In this document: positions 49,213 to 58,309 of the stretch, piece by piece | Numbering within the stretch: position 1 is the stretch's first letter | Layout: each line of letters starts with the position of its first letter | Sequence record: KY963424 | Strand: one strand, 5' to 3' | Length of the DNA: 64,000 nt | DNA from: Shigella phage SSP1 | The notes under the pieces: model-generated | Databases searched by the model: none | Seen by the model: the letters and a program-made list of their open reading frames with translations, nothing else | What the model was told of the DNA's origin: nothing | Position numbers and translations under genes: made by a program

Positions 49213-49602
49213 TTAGTCATTTAATCCCGGAACATAGATCCCAACACGGTTTAATTGTTCTTTAGCTTCTTTGAGAATATCTGGAGTGTACTCCCAAATA
49301 TCATCTTCCACCTGTAAAAGATGGGGCGAACAACCGTCATCCGGCACACGGCATATGGCCAAACCACGTGGGTGGAACAAAGAGAAATTTAGGGCAACAA
49401 TTAAACCCATAGCAGACAATTCATTCCAATCCAATTCCCATTCCCCCGCGTAGCCGGATAGGAAAACACCAACACAGGGATCATCTATTTGCTGCTCCGG
49501 AAAAGTGAAGGAGGCTTGTCTTACCCCCAACCAACGTTGTAGCAGCTTCTCCGCACGTTTCACCAAACTAGGATCAATCTGACGCCAATATACTTGTTCC
49601 AT
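49213..49602 (-). CDS. Hypothetical protein, paralog 1 of tandem pair
   Basis: 129 aa; shares collinear motifs with the adjacent 142-aa ORF (IDD.PC.G ... W.EL..MGL..ALN..LF.P ... Y.P ... G...PGL). Confidence 0.5.
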   Translation of the reverse strand: MEQVYWRQIDPSLVKRAEKLLQRWLGVRQASFTFPEQQIDDPCVGVFLSGYAGEWELDWNELSAMGLIVALNFSLFHPRGLAICRVPDDGCSPHLLQVEDDIWEYTPDILKEAKEQLNRVGIYVPGLND

Positions 49603-49611
49603 TGTGCCCCC

Positions 49612-50040
49612 TTAGGCAGTTAAACCTGGGATCATATACCCGAAACGTCGAAGTTTCTGAATCCCCTCATTTACTTCTTCCGGTGAGTAAGACCAACCAT
49701 AACGTTCATTAACCTGAAAACCAGGAGATTCACTAGTTTTATAGTTAACAACGAGGCGATGCTTAGCAGGCATAAACAGCTTATAGTTTAACGCAAAAAC
49801 TAAGCCCATTTCATCTAACTCTTTCCAGCCGACAATCTCTTCAAGACCCTCCTCTACCTGAACAATTAAACCAATACAGGGAGCCTCATCAATATCATCT
49901 TTAAAAGCAAAGGAGATTTCGTTATTCTCACACCATATTTTCAAAGAGTTAATAGCCTCATTATACAGGCTAGCTGGGAGAGTACGCCAAAAGTTAACCA
50001 AAATTGGATTAGCTTCTTTAGAGAATACATTATTGAACAT
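49612..50040 (-). CDS. Hypothetical protein, paralog 2 of tandem pair
   Basis: 142 aa; see paralog 1. Confidence 0.5.
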   Translation of the reverse strand: MFNNVFSKEANPILVNFWRTLPASLYNEAINSLKIWCENNEISFAFKDDIDEAPCIGLIVQVEEGLEEIVGWKELDEMGLVFALNYKLFMPAKHRLVVNYKTSESPGFQVNERYGWSYSPEEVNEGIQKLRRFGYMIPGLTA

Positions 50041-50042
50041 AT

Positions 50043-50555
50043 TTACACCTTAAATTGTTGTAGGGCTTTACACATTTCAAGATCTGGACTAAATTCTAAC
50101 ATATAGCTAACAGCTCTTAAATCTTGAAGATTTATCCCAGTTCTACCATTGACTATAACTGTTGGATACTGATACATCATAGCACCGGCATCATCCAGCA
50201 CACACCAATGTTTGAGCCTATGCTTTTCAACGAAGCGAAGAACAGAATTACCCCTAGATAATCCACCCCCAGTAAAATCCGTTGTACCAAGAAAACGATC
50301 GATAAGGCCTAATCCGGTCATAATCTGAACGTTCTCCATCTCATTTCTGACAGAGAACCAAGATGATACTCCAACAATCATTATCGGAGAAGGACGAATA
50401 AAGTCCTGAAAAGCCTTGAGAAGCGGTTTGAAAACCCAGTCACTTCCAAAGAAAATCTTTTCATCATCAGGTGCATGATGGTGGGAGATGCTCGAATTGA
50501 GCACCCCATCAATGTCTAGAAAAATAATTGGAATATTACTTATTTCCTGACACAT
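50043..50555 (-). CDS. HAD-superfamily phosphatase (nucleotidase-like)
   Basis: 170 aa; HAD motif I FLDIDGVLN, motif II-like VGVSSW, motif III/IV K ... VLDDAG. Confidence 0.6.
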   Translation of the reverse strand: MCQEISNIPIIFLDIDGVLNSSISHHHAPDDEKIFFGSDWVFKPLLKAFQDFIRPSPIMIVGVSSWFSVRNEMENVQIMTGLGLIDRFLGTTDFTGGGLSRGNSVLRFVEKHRLKHWCVLDDAGAMMYQYPTVIVNGRTGINLQDLRAVSYMLEFSPDLEMCKALQQFKV

Positions 50556-51351
50556 AAGGTCTACCCCCTAAATGAGCTTCTACACGAGCAATAAAATCAG
50601 TATCACTGAAAGCATCTACCGCACCTTTACTCCAGTAAGGGATACCGCGTTCTTCCAGCTGGTACATCTCACTACGAGTCATACCTTGATAGCTCGGTTC
50701 CGCCGCTAGTACACTATCATAGTAGTTAACAACCATAAGTTTCGCAGCAGTCAAATTAAGAACAGGAAATAATTCCCAATAGAAGTTAATTACTTGGTTA
50801 GAGCAACCAACCACAATGATCATATCTTGACTAGTAATACCATCAAAAACATTATACATTTCTGCATACGCTGGAGCATGCTCCCCAAAGAAGACTACAT
50901 TAGGTTTAACCCATTTATAATCATCTGGGTCAATAGAATTGTATCCTACATCAATAATCCGTTTATTGCTACTATTGTAGCTATCAGCTACAACAACCTC
51001 TTTTAAATATCCGTGAATGTGCAGAATGTCACTATGTGGAACGCCAGCACGCTCAATAAGGTCATCAACGTTGGTAGTCAAGTTTACTACTTGACCTGGG
51101 TATTGTTTATACCATTCACCAATACGCAAATGCGCAAGATTGGGTTCAACAGTTTTTAGCTCTTCACGACGCTTGTTGTAAAACATATGGGTTTTATGGT
51201 AAAAATTACCACGAAAGGCATGAATATTACACACTTCTTCTAGATCATAATCATCCCACAATGCTTTACCACTAGCAGTATCAGTACGAAAAGCTCGTAC
51301 ACCACTTTCAACACTCAAACCTGCACCGCTAATAATAATTAACCTACGCAC
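50536..51351 (-). CDS. SIR2-family (sirtuin-like) NAD-binding protein lacking the zinc ribbon
   Basis: 271 aa; ISGAGLSVESGVRAFR (sirtuin GAGIS.ESGIP.FR), TTNVDDLIERAG ... HIHG (TQNID.L ... HG), NVVFFGE, IIVVGCSNQV (VVGTS-like); no CxxC pairs. Confidence 0.7.
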   Translation of the reverse strand: MRRLIIISGAGLSVESGVRAFRTDTASGKALWDDYDLEEVCNIHAFRGNFYHKTHMFYNKRREELKTVEPNLAHLRIGEWYKQYPGQVVNLTTNVDDLIERAGVPHSDILHIHGYLKEVVVADSYNSSNKRIIDVGYNSIDPDDYKWVKPNVVFFGEHAPAYAEMYNVFDGITSQDMIIVVGCSNQVINFYWELFPVLNLTAAKLMVVNYYDSVLAAEPSYQGMTRSEMYQLEERGIPYWSKGAVDAFSDTDFIARVEAHLGGRPYVSGNK

Positions 51352-51545
51352 TATACGATTCCTCGCTTAAATCCTTCGATAATATTTCGGAGTAAAATTG
51401 CTTCCTCCGGGCGTACCTTTTCTTGCTTAATAAGCATATCCAATCCAGCAATACAACTAGCTACACCAGCATTATAACCAGAGTTCCATTGCTCAATAAG
51501 CATGTTTTCTAGATTACTTTTTAGACTCTGATTCAAGAAGTCCAT
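51351..51545 (-). CDS. Hypothetical small protein
   Basis: 64-aa ORF. Confidence 0.3.
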   Translation of the reverse strand: MDFLNQSLKSNLENMLIEQWNSGYNAGVASCIAGLDMLIKQEKVRPEEAILLRNIIEGFKRGIV

Positions 51546-51717
51546 AAAGTTTCTCCTCTAGTTCCATAACACGATTTTCATAAGAAGCACGCAACTTTTC
51601 AATTGCCAGCGCACGCACTGTAACCTCATTAGAATTAATAGCTAACTGGGCCAGGTCTTCTGTTTCCATACGTCCGTTGTAAATTAAGCGATATTTAAGA
51701 TGTTTTACGTTTTTCAT
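51514..51717 (-). CDS. Hypothetical small protein
   Basis: 67-aa ORF. Confidence 0.3.
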   Translation of the reverse strand: MKNVKHLKYRLIYNGRMETEDLAQLAINSNEVTVRALAIEKLRASYENRVMELEEKLYGLLESESKK

Positions 51718-51726
51718 TCTTGTTCC

Positions 51727-52008
51727 TTAGTTCTGTACTGTAAACTCATTCTTATCACAGTGAGCATAATAATACCCATACATACGATAAATTTTCACAG
51801 CCTTAGTAGACCCCTTCGATTCTTCATAATCAATCCAGAGCCACTTGTCTTTACCTACATAATGTACCCGAAACTTCTTAACTTTCTTATCATTCCATGT
51901 TGCAACAACACGACGATAATCAAATCCACCCAACCAATCTAGAGCCTTACGTTCTTCACTAGGCTCTCCAAGATGGGAGACATCTACTTTAGGAAGCAAC
52001 TCGCTCAT
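51727..52008 (-). CDS. Hypothetical protein
   Basis: 93-aa ORF with GAGGAG SD, directly downstream of an early promoter. Confidence 0.45.
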   Translation of the reverse strand: MSELLPKVDVSHLGEPSEERKALDWLGGFDYRRVVATWNDKKVKKFRVHYVGKDKWLWIDYEESKGSTKAVKIYRMYGYYYAHCDKNEFTVQN

Positions 52009-52036
52009 AGCTTTCTCCTCTCAAATTTATAAATCA

Positions 52037-52065
52037 ATTATACATAAATTTTTGGCTGAAAGCAA
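52037..52065 (-). promoter_or_regulatory. sigma70 early promoter
   Basis: - strand: TTATTTGCTTTCAGCC ... TTGCTT - 17 bp - TATAAT, then GAGAGGAG SD. Confidence 0.65.
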
Positions 52066-52066
52066 A

Positions 52067-52100
52067 TAAAATAAAAGCCAGGTCGACTAGCAACCCGGCT
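52067..52100 (-). terminator. Rho-independent terminator after nrdD
   Basis: - strand: 8-bp stem (AGCCGGGT/ACCTGGCT, one G-U pair) with 9-nt loop followed by TTTTATTTT. Confidence 0.55.
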
Positions 52101-52107
52101 GATTAGC

Positions 52108-53982
52108 TTATTTAGCTCGAATATCCTGATGTTTCACTCTGCCCATAACCTCGTGCTGTTTGCCGGGGTTAAATGGACGAGCACCCGGATTTCCAAGATA
52201 CCCACAAACTCGACGAGTTACCTCAAGAGTTTCGGGGTCATGATTACCACAGATAGGGCACTTAAATCCATCTTCGGATGCTATTGTTTCACCTAAGAAT
52301 CCACATTTACCGCAAGAATCCACTGGAGTATTAATACCGAAGTAATGAACTTTACTAGCAGCATAATTAATAACCCATTCCAGTGCATCTGGGAATCGTT
52401 TCATATCTGGTAGTTCTACATAGGAAATGCACCCACCAGAAGCAATCGGAGTGAAATTAGATTCATAATCAAATTTCACGTTAGGAGCAACTTTACGTTC
52501 TACATCAAGGTGGTGAGAGTTAGTGTAGTATCCTTTGGACAGAATATCTTCATGCTCCGGGAAATATTCGCGGTCTAGACGACAAAAACGGTCACATAGG
52601 GATTCTGATGGTGTAGCATACAGGCTATAACCTAATTTAGTTTCTTCCTTCTTCTGATCGACTCTATCCCGCATGTACTGCAATACACGCTGAACAAACT
52701 TGATGCAGGTCTCGGACATTGTGTCTACATCTTTGCCAAACATAAACTGTAGCATTTCATGGCAACCAATATACCCTAGAGATACAGAAGCACGGTTATA
52801 GAAATGATCGAATACATACTCATCCGGCTCCAAGCGTAACCCAAAGGCTCCTGACATATAGAGGATGGGTGCAGCTTTAGCTTGAATGTATTTTAAGCGA
52901 TCAACTCTCCACTCCAATGCTTTTAACGCTGTATCCACACGTAGCTCAAGCAAATCAAAGAATAGATCAATATTTCCTTCAGCTTCGATAGCAATTCTAG
53001 GCAAGTTTACAGAAACAACACCTAAGTTATTACGACCGGCAGTTTCACCATCTTCTGTAGCAGCTAGGAATGAACGGCAGCCCATAGAAACTTTATAGTC
53101 ACCAGTAACTTCCACAACCTTATCATAGCTGATATAATCTGGATACATACGTTCAGCAGTACATTTCATAGCTAACTTCTTGATGTCATAATTAACATCT
53201 CCTGGTTTCATATTTACGCCATCACGAAGTACAAATACCAGTTTCGGGAAGATAGCTGTACGTTTATTGATACCTAAACCATCCATGCGTACTTTCAGTA
53301 TTGCTTTCTGTACTAGACGTGCTTCCCAAGAAGTTCCTAGACCAAAACCAAAGGTAATAAATGGACTCTGCCCATTAGAGTTGAACATGGTATTGATTTC
53401 ATATTCTAAACCCTGACAAGCGTCATAGACTTCTTTTTCAGTCATCTCCGTAGCCATTACGGATGCTTTGGCTTCATCCTTAGTCCAACGTTTTGCAAAC
53501 GCATGATTTTTGTCATAGGATTTACGAACATAAGGGGCTAATACTTCATCAAGGCGATCTACAGAAGTACCACCATACTGATGGGAGCTAACCTGAGTGA
53601 TAATCTGAGCAGTAATAGCCGCCGCAGTAGTGATAGAGTTTGGAGTGCTAATTTCAGCATTACCAACCTTCATGCCATTCTTCAACATATCTTCCAGGGC
53701 CACCAGACAACAGTTAGTCATGCCTAATGCAGCATAATCAGCATCATGGAAATGAATATCCCCAATCATATGAGCATTTCGAATCTGAATTGGCATTTCT
53801 TCTAGAATTAGATACTTACTCAACTCACCTGCAAGCATATCCCTTTGTGTAGGGAAACGTTCTGAGGGTTTATTGGCATTATTAAATAGCAGTTCTTCAT
53901 CTGCTGACCCTTCGATAATCTCTTTGCAGTTTCTAATTAACGCCTGCATTTCTTTATACTTTAGTTCTTCATTACGATTCAT
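52108..53982 (-). CDS. nrdD: Anaerobic ribonucleoside-triphosphate reductase (class III RNR)
   Basis: 624 aa; C-terminal glycyl-radical motif RVCGYLG, zinc-ribbon cysteines (CGKCGF ... CPICG); GAAGGAGGG SD. Confidence 0.9.
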   Translation of the reverse strand: MNRNEELKYKEMQALIRNCKEIIEGSADEELLFNNANKPSERFPTQRDMLAGELSKYLILEEMPIQIRNAHMIGDIHFHDADYAALGMTNCCLVALEDMLKNGMKVGNAEISTPNSITTAAAITAQIITQVSSHQYGGTSVDRLDEVLAPYVRKSYDKNHAFAKRWTKDEAKASVMATEMTEKEVYDACQGLEYEINTMFNSNGQSPFITFGFGLGTSWEARLVQKAILKVRMDGLGINKRTAIFPKLVFVLRDGVNMKPGDVNYDIKKLAMKCTAERMYPDYISYDKVVEVTGDYKVSMGCRSFLAATEDGETAGRNNLGVVSVNLPRIAIEAEGNIDLFFDLLELRVDTALKALEWRVDRLKYIQAKAAPILYMSGAFGLRLEPDEYVFDHFYNRASVSLGYIGCHEMLQFMFGKDVDTMSETCIKFVQRVLQYMRDRVDQKKEETKLGYSLYATPSESLCDRFCRLDREYFPEHEDILSKGYYTNSHHLDVERKVAPNVKFDYESNFTPIASGGCISYVELPDMKRFPDALEWVINYAASKVHYFGINTPVDSCGKCGFLGETIASEDGFKCPICGNHDPETLEVTRRVCGYLGNPGARPFNPGKQHEVMGRVKHQDIRAK

Positions 53983-54011
53983 TACACCCTCCTTCTCTAA
54001 CTAAGACTACT

Positions 54012-54040
54012 ATTATAACTCATTCGAGGGCGGATGTCAA
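54012..54040 (-). promoter_or_regulatory. Consensus sigma70 promoter for nrdD
   Basis: - strand: TTGACA - 17 bp - TATAAT (perfect consensus hexamers). Confidence 0.65.
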
Positions 54041-54109
54041 TATAATTTTTCTCTTAGATATCGTATTTTGATCTGTGCTAAGAAACTTGATCAGAGTGTC
54101 AAAATTTTA

Positions 54110-54138
54110 TTGACACCACCGTAACTTTTGTATAAGAT
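54110..54138 (+). promoter_or_regulatory. Putative divergent promoter for HNH endonuclease gene
   Basis: TTGACA at 54110-54115 with TATAAG/TAAGAT 15-17 bp downstream; weaker -10. Confidence 0.35.
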
Positions 54139-54175
54139 ATACACATAATTTAAGAAATTTGACAAGGAAATAAAA

Positions 54176-54667
54176 ATGAACACTGAAATAACACAAGACC
54201 TACTAAGAACTTACTTTGACTATAAAGATGGAGAATTGTTTTACAAACCAACTTATAAAACCCCTGCAGGAAGAATATCCAAAAAAGCAGGTAAATCCGC
54301 CAGACTAACTCCGAGTAACGGGTACTATCGTATAAATGTACCAAGAATAGGTGTACAGAAAGAACATAGGATGATTTTCCTATATCATGAAGGATACCTA
54401 CCAGAAGTAGTAGATCATATTGATAGGGATAAGGAAAATAATAGGATAGAGAACCTTAGGGCATCTAATCTTCAGGACAACGCTATTAATCGCTCCATAA
54501 GTAAGAGTAACACCTCTGGCATTGTGGGTGTCCATTATGATGAATCGTATGGTAAGTGGGTTGTAACGTATAGGGGTAAGTACTTTGGAAGATTTGATAC
54601 CAAAGAAGAAGCTGCCGAAGTTAATGCTAATGTTCGTGCCCTTGATCAAACCCGTATAAATAGTTGA
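54176..54667 (+). CDS. HNH homing endonuclease with AP2-type DNA-binding domain
   Basis: 163 aa; HNH_3-type motif (YLPEVVDHIDRDKENNRIENLRASNLQDN) followed by AP2-like segment (GIVGVHYDESYGKWVVTYRGKYFGRFDTKEEAA). Confidence 0.7.
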   Translation: MNTEITQDLLRTYFDYKDGELFYKPTYKTPAGRISKKAGKSARLTPSNGYYRINVPRIGVQKEHRMIFLYHEGYLPEVVDHIDRDKENNRIENLRASNLQDNAINRSISKSNTSGIVGVHYDESYGKWVVTYRGKYFGRFDTKEEAAEVNANVRALDQTRINS

Positions 54668-54750
54668 TTATCTAGTATCACACATCTCCCGTTAAAAGCA
54701 AGCAAATTTTTTATTTAAATGCAATATCATAGGCTTATTTAAAATTGTAG

Positions 54751-54779
54751 TTGCTTTTTACTGTATATATTGGTATAAT
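54751..54779 (+). promoter_or_regulatory. sigma70 early promoter for phoH
   Basis: AAAATTGTAGTTGCTT: TTGCTT - 17 bp - TATAAT. Confidence 0.65.
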
Positions 54780-54852
54780 ATATTTGTAAGTTGATAAACA
54801 AGATCTTTTTGTTGATCCTCTGTTAGCGAAGTACACTATAGGAGTGTTATTT

Positions 54853-55605
54853 ATGGGAAAAGCACGTCAAAAAAGAGAGAACCGCAATGGTTCAAGAAAG
54901 CGTGGCAACAAATATGAGAACAACGTAATTCAGGCTGATTTTTCTAATGATTACGCTAATCCAGTTGCTAAATCCCTAGTAGGTAAAAACCGCGAGCAAA
55001 AATCATATATCAATATGATCAAGAACAACACAGTGACTGTGGGTATCGGTGAGCCAGGTACTGGTAAAACCTTTATTCCGTCCGTTCTTGCAGCTCAGGA
55101 ACTCGTAGACATTCACTCAGATATTGAGCAAGTGATCCTCGTACGTCCTAATGAACCTCTAGGTAAGTCTCTTGGTATGCTTCCTGGTGATCTAGCGGAA
55201 AAGCTAGAGCCTTGGTTAGAGCCAATAGCTGATGGTATGAAATGGGCCATCGGCGATCATGCGTATAAAGGATATGTCGAACGTCAGAAAATTAAATTTT
55301 TGGCTGTCGAACATGCTCGTGGCAGAACTTTCAACAACTCCTATGTAATTGTCGATGAAGCTCAGAATATTTCCGTTGAGGCAATGATTTGTCTCCTAAC
55401 TCGTGTAGGACAAGACTGCCGTTTAATTATCTGCGGAGATATAGCTCAGAAAGACATTAAAGGTGACTCAGGTCTAGCACTCCTTATGGAAGTCTATGAA
55501 AAATACGAAAATGCCCCATTCTCAATGATCGAATTGATTGATAACGTTCGTTCTGTTGAGTCTAAAGCATTCTATGATATTTTTAAAGACATGGGGAAGG
55601 TGTAA
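54853..55605 (+). CDS. phoH: PhoH-like ATPase
   Basis: About 250 aa from ATG 54853 (TAGGAG SD); Walker A GEPGTGKTF, Walker B YVIVDEAQN. Confidence 0.8.
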   Translation: MGKARQKRENRNGSRKRGNKYENNVIQADFSNDYANPVAKSLVGKNREQKSYINMIKNNTVTVGIGEPGTGKTFIPSVLAAQELVDIHSDIEQVILVRPNEPLGKSLGMLPGDLAEKLEPWLEPIADGMKWAIGDHAYKGYVERQKIKFLAVEHARGRTFNNSYVIVDEAQNISVEAMICLLTRVGQDCRLIICGDIAQKDIKGDSGLALLMEVYEKYENAPFSMIELIDNVRSVESKAFYDIFKDMGKV

Positions 55606-55606
55606 T

Positions 55607-55849
55607 ATGGGAAACGTCGTTCATCTGAGCCGTAAAACTAAAATACATCGTACTTCACTGAGTGCTGCTAATATGATTACACGTAAGGAAGGGGAAGAAA
55701 GTCCTAAGACAACCCTAGCGTGGAAAATTGTAACCTCAAATCCAAATAAACCATTCAATTATAACGAGTTGAGCACCTCCATAGATATTCTATTAAAAGA
55801 GGCAGCTAGAGCTAAAGTAATTGAACAAGCTAAAAAGCTAGACTGGTAA
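55607..55849 (+). CDS. Hypothetical protein
   Basis: 80 aa from ATG 55607 (overlaps phoH stop); the longer six-frame ORF from 55538 lies inside phoH. Confidence 0.4.
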   Translation: MGNVVHLSRKTKIHRTSLSAANMITRKEGEESPKTTLAWKIVTSNPNKPFNYNELSTSIDILLKEAARAKVIEQAKKLDW

Positions 55850-55854
55850 TATAC

Positions 55855-55888
55855 AGGGCCTGGGTATGAAAATACTCGGGCCTTTTCT
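55855..55888 (+). terminator. Rho-independent terminator upstream of nrdA
   Basis: About 13-bp stem (with G-U pairs) closed by a GAAA tetraloop, followed by TTTTCT. Confidence 0.5.
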
Positions 55889-55903
55889 ATCAGAAAATTT
55901 TAT

Positions 55904-55932
55904 TTGCCTAATGACCGATAATAAAGTAGAAT
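55904..55932 (+). promoter_or_regulatory. Putative sigma70 promoter for nrdA
   Basis: TTGCCT - 17 bp - TAGAAT with AT-rich upstream (AAAATTTTAT). Confidence 0.45.
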
Positions 55933-55970
55933 ATTCCTTAAATCCTGATAACTATAAAAAGGAAAGCCAA

Positions 55971-58301
55971 ATGAGTCATCGCATTGAAAAAGTAATTAAA
56001 CGTGACGGTACTGTAGAAGACTTTGCTCCTGAAAAAATCAATGGTTGGGCAGAGTATGGTTGCAAAACAGTTGATGTAAGTTGGTCAGCCATTACTATGG
56101 CTGCTCAAAAAACTCTGCCTAAAGGGGTTGTAGATTCCGACACTCTGATGGATGCATTAATTAAAGCTGCTGAAAGTCTTATTAAAGATAATCCAGCATA
56201 TGATGTGCCAGCAAAGGAATTACGTCTTGCGCAAATGCGTAAACGCCTTTATGATTCTTTCGAACCACCTTCTCTACGCTTCTTCCATGATCACATGGTT
56301 AGCGTAGGTGCATGGGAAGACATGAGTGCATGGATTACCGATGAGCAATTTGAAGCTCTGAATCAGGTTATCGACCATGATCGTGACCGTCTTTTTACTA
56401 GTGGTGGGCTGAAGCAGTTCTTTGATAAGTATTCCCGTCGTAACATAGCCACTGGTGAAATCTATGAAACTCCGCAGTTTGCCTACATGGGTATGGCAAT
56501 GGCGATGTTATCTCAACCTAACTGGACAATTCTAGATGCAATCGACCTCTACAACGCAATGTCACTCCACAAAATCAACGTTCCTACGCCGCCACTGGTT
56601 GGTCTGCGCTCTAGTGACCGTGGATTTGCTAGTTGCTGCCTCGTGGATTCCACTGACACGTTGGATTCAATCGACACCGCCGAGCACATCGTCTTCAAAA
56701 TGGTCGCAGCCAGAGCGGGAATCGGGTATCATCTTGAAAGCCGATCAATTGCTGATCCGGTGCGAAATGGGGCATTCCCGCATTCCGGAAAACTGCCATA
56801 TTATCGACACATTGACCGCTCAGTAAAGGCCAATACTCAGCAAACTCGTGGTGGTTCTGCTACAGTGTCTTATCCGTACTTCGACCCTGAAATCATTCAA
56901 TTGATGCAGGTTAAGCAGCAACGTGCTACAGATGAGAATAAAATCGATAAGATGGATTATTCTCTGAGCTTTAACAATCTTTTGTTAAAACGTTATCTTA
57001 AAAACGAAGATATTACGCTAATGTCATACTTCTATGCTCCAGAAGTTCATGAAGCGTTTTATAGTGATGACGAGGCTAAATTTGAAGAAATCTACGTGGC
57101 AGCGGAGAAACGTGTGGCATCTCTTACAAAGATCGACCACGAAGGAAAAACAGTTCCAGCAGCTCCTAAAGTCTCTGCAAAAGAAATCCTAGATACTTGG
57201 CTACGTATCCGAATGGAAACAGGACGTATGTATGCTCATCACATCGGGGAATCTAATCGTCACGGTAACTTCCTTGATCCGATCCGTATGACAAACCTTT
57301 GTGTTGAAATTACTCAGCCTACACGCCCATTCCATCATATCACGGAACTGTATAAAACAAAAGAACAACTTGATCAAATGAAGCCGGAGGATATTGGTGA
57401 AGTATCTCTGTGTAACTTAGGTGGTGTTGTACTTGGACGCATGGAATCTCTGGCCGAGTGGGAAAAAACTTGCTACATCCTCCTGAAATTCGTTGATACA
57501 ATTATTGAAATTCAGGATTATCCGTTCCCAACTATGGAATATACGGCTAAGAAACGTCGTAATGTTGGTATTGGCCTGATGAACGCAGCAGGTGCAATGG
57601 CAGCAGAAGGTCTGGCTTATGAAGGTATTGAAGCCCGTAACTGGATTCACCGTGAGGCTGAAAAACTGTCTTACTTCCTGCATAAAGCCTCTGTACGCCT
57701 AGCTAAAGAACAGGGCGCATGTGAGTGGTTTGATCGTACTAAACCATCTAAAGGAATTCTGGTAATCGACACGTACAAGAAAACTGTTGATGAACTGGTA
57801 TCCGTAGGTCTAGAAATGGATTGGGAGTCTCTACGTGCAGATATTCTGAAATATGGTATGCGTAACTCTGTTCTGACTGCTCAGATGCCGGGAGAAAGTT
57901 CTTCTGTTCTGTTAGGTGTTACTAACTCTATCGAACCACCTCGTAAGATTGTATCTATCAAGGGTAGTGCAGTTAATAAAGTAATTGCAATTGCTCCAGG
58001 TGCAACCGATTGGGAAACGTTAATGAGCTATAAACTGGCTTATGATGTAGATCGTATCGAGTGGATCAAGTGGGTAGCAACTATGCAGAAATTCTTCAGT
58101 CAGTCTATCAGTACGAATATGTACTATGACTACACCAAGTTTGAGAATGAAATCATTCCTGGCCCAGTAGTAGTTCGTGATTTCATGACTGCTGTTAAGT
58201 ATGGGTGGAAAACTTGGTATTATGCTAACTTCAATACCGCAAATGGTGGAGGTGCTGGAGAAGAAGCAGCCGGTTGTGCATCCGGCGGTTGTACTATTTA
58301 A
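55971..58301 (+). CDS. nrdA: Ribonucleoside-diphosphate reductase alpha subunit (class Ia)
   Basis: About 776 aa from ATG 55971 (AAGGAAAG SD); N-terminal ATP-cone (HRIEKVIKRDGTVEDF), catalytic core and C-terminal redox cysteine pair (CASGGC). Confidence 0.9.
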   Translation: MSHRIEKVIKRDGTVEDFAPEKINGWAEYGCKTVDVSWSAITMAAQKTLPKGVVDSDTLMDALIKAAESLIKDNPAYDVPAKELRLAQMRKRLYDSFEPPSLRFFHDHMVSVGAWEDMSAWITDEQFEALNQVIDHDRDRLFTSGGLKQFFDKYSRRNIATGEIYETPQFAYMGMAMAMLSQPNWTILDAIDLYNAMSLHKINVPTPPLVGLRSSDRGFASCCLVDSTDTLDSIDTAEHIVFKMVAARAGIGYHLESRSIADPVRNGAFPHSGKLPYYRHIDRSVKANTQQTRGGSATVSYPYFDPEIIQLMQVKQQRATDENKIDKMDYSLSFNNLLLKRYLKNEDITLMSYFYAPEVHEAFYSDDEAKFEEIYVAAEKRVASLTKIDHEGKTVPAAPKVSAKEILDTWLRIRMETGRMYAHHIGESNRHGNFLDPIRMTNLCVEITQPTRPFHHITELYKTKEQLDQMKPEDIGEVSLCNLGGVVLGRMESLAEWEKTCYILLKFVDTIIEIQDYPFPTMEYTAKKRRNVGIGLMNAAGAMAAEGLAYEGIEARNWIHREAEKLSYFLHKASVRLAKEQGACEWFDRTKPSKGILVIDTYKKTVDELVSVGLEMDWESLRADILKYGMRNSVLTAQMPGESSSVLLGVTNSIEPPRKIVSIKGSAVNKVIAIAPGATDWETLMSYKLAYDVDRIEWIKWVATMQKFFSQSISTNMYYDYTKFENEIIPGPVVVRDFMTAVKYGWKTWYYANFNTANGGGAGEEAAGCASGGCTI

Positions 58302-58309
58302 TAAAAACA

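Noticed and set aside
54041-54046. Plus-strand TATAAT hexamer in the nrdD/HNH divergent region
   Set aside because: No acceptable -35 at 16-18 bp upstream on the plus strand; more likely part of the AT-rich spacer of the minus-strand nrdD promoter region.
55866-55970. N-terminal extension of nrdA (MKILGPFLSENFICLMTDNK...)
   Set aside because: Overlaps a terminator hairpin and a promoter; AAGGAAAG SD precedes ATG 55971, which begins the conserved ATP-cone.
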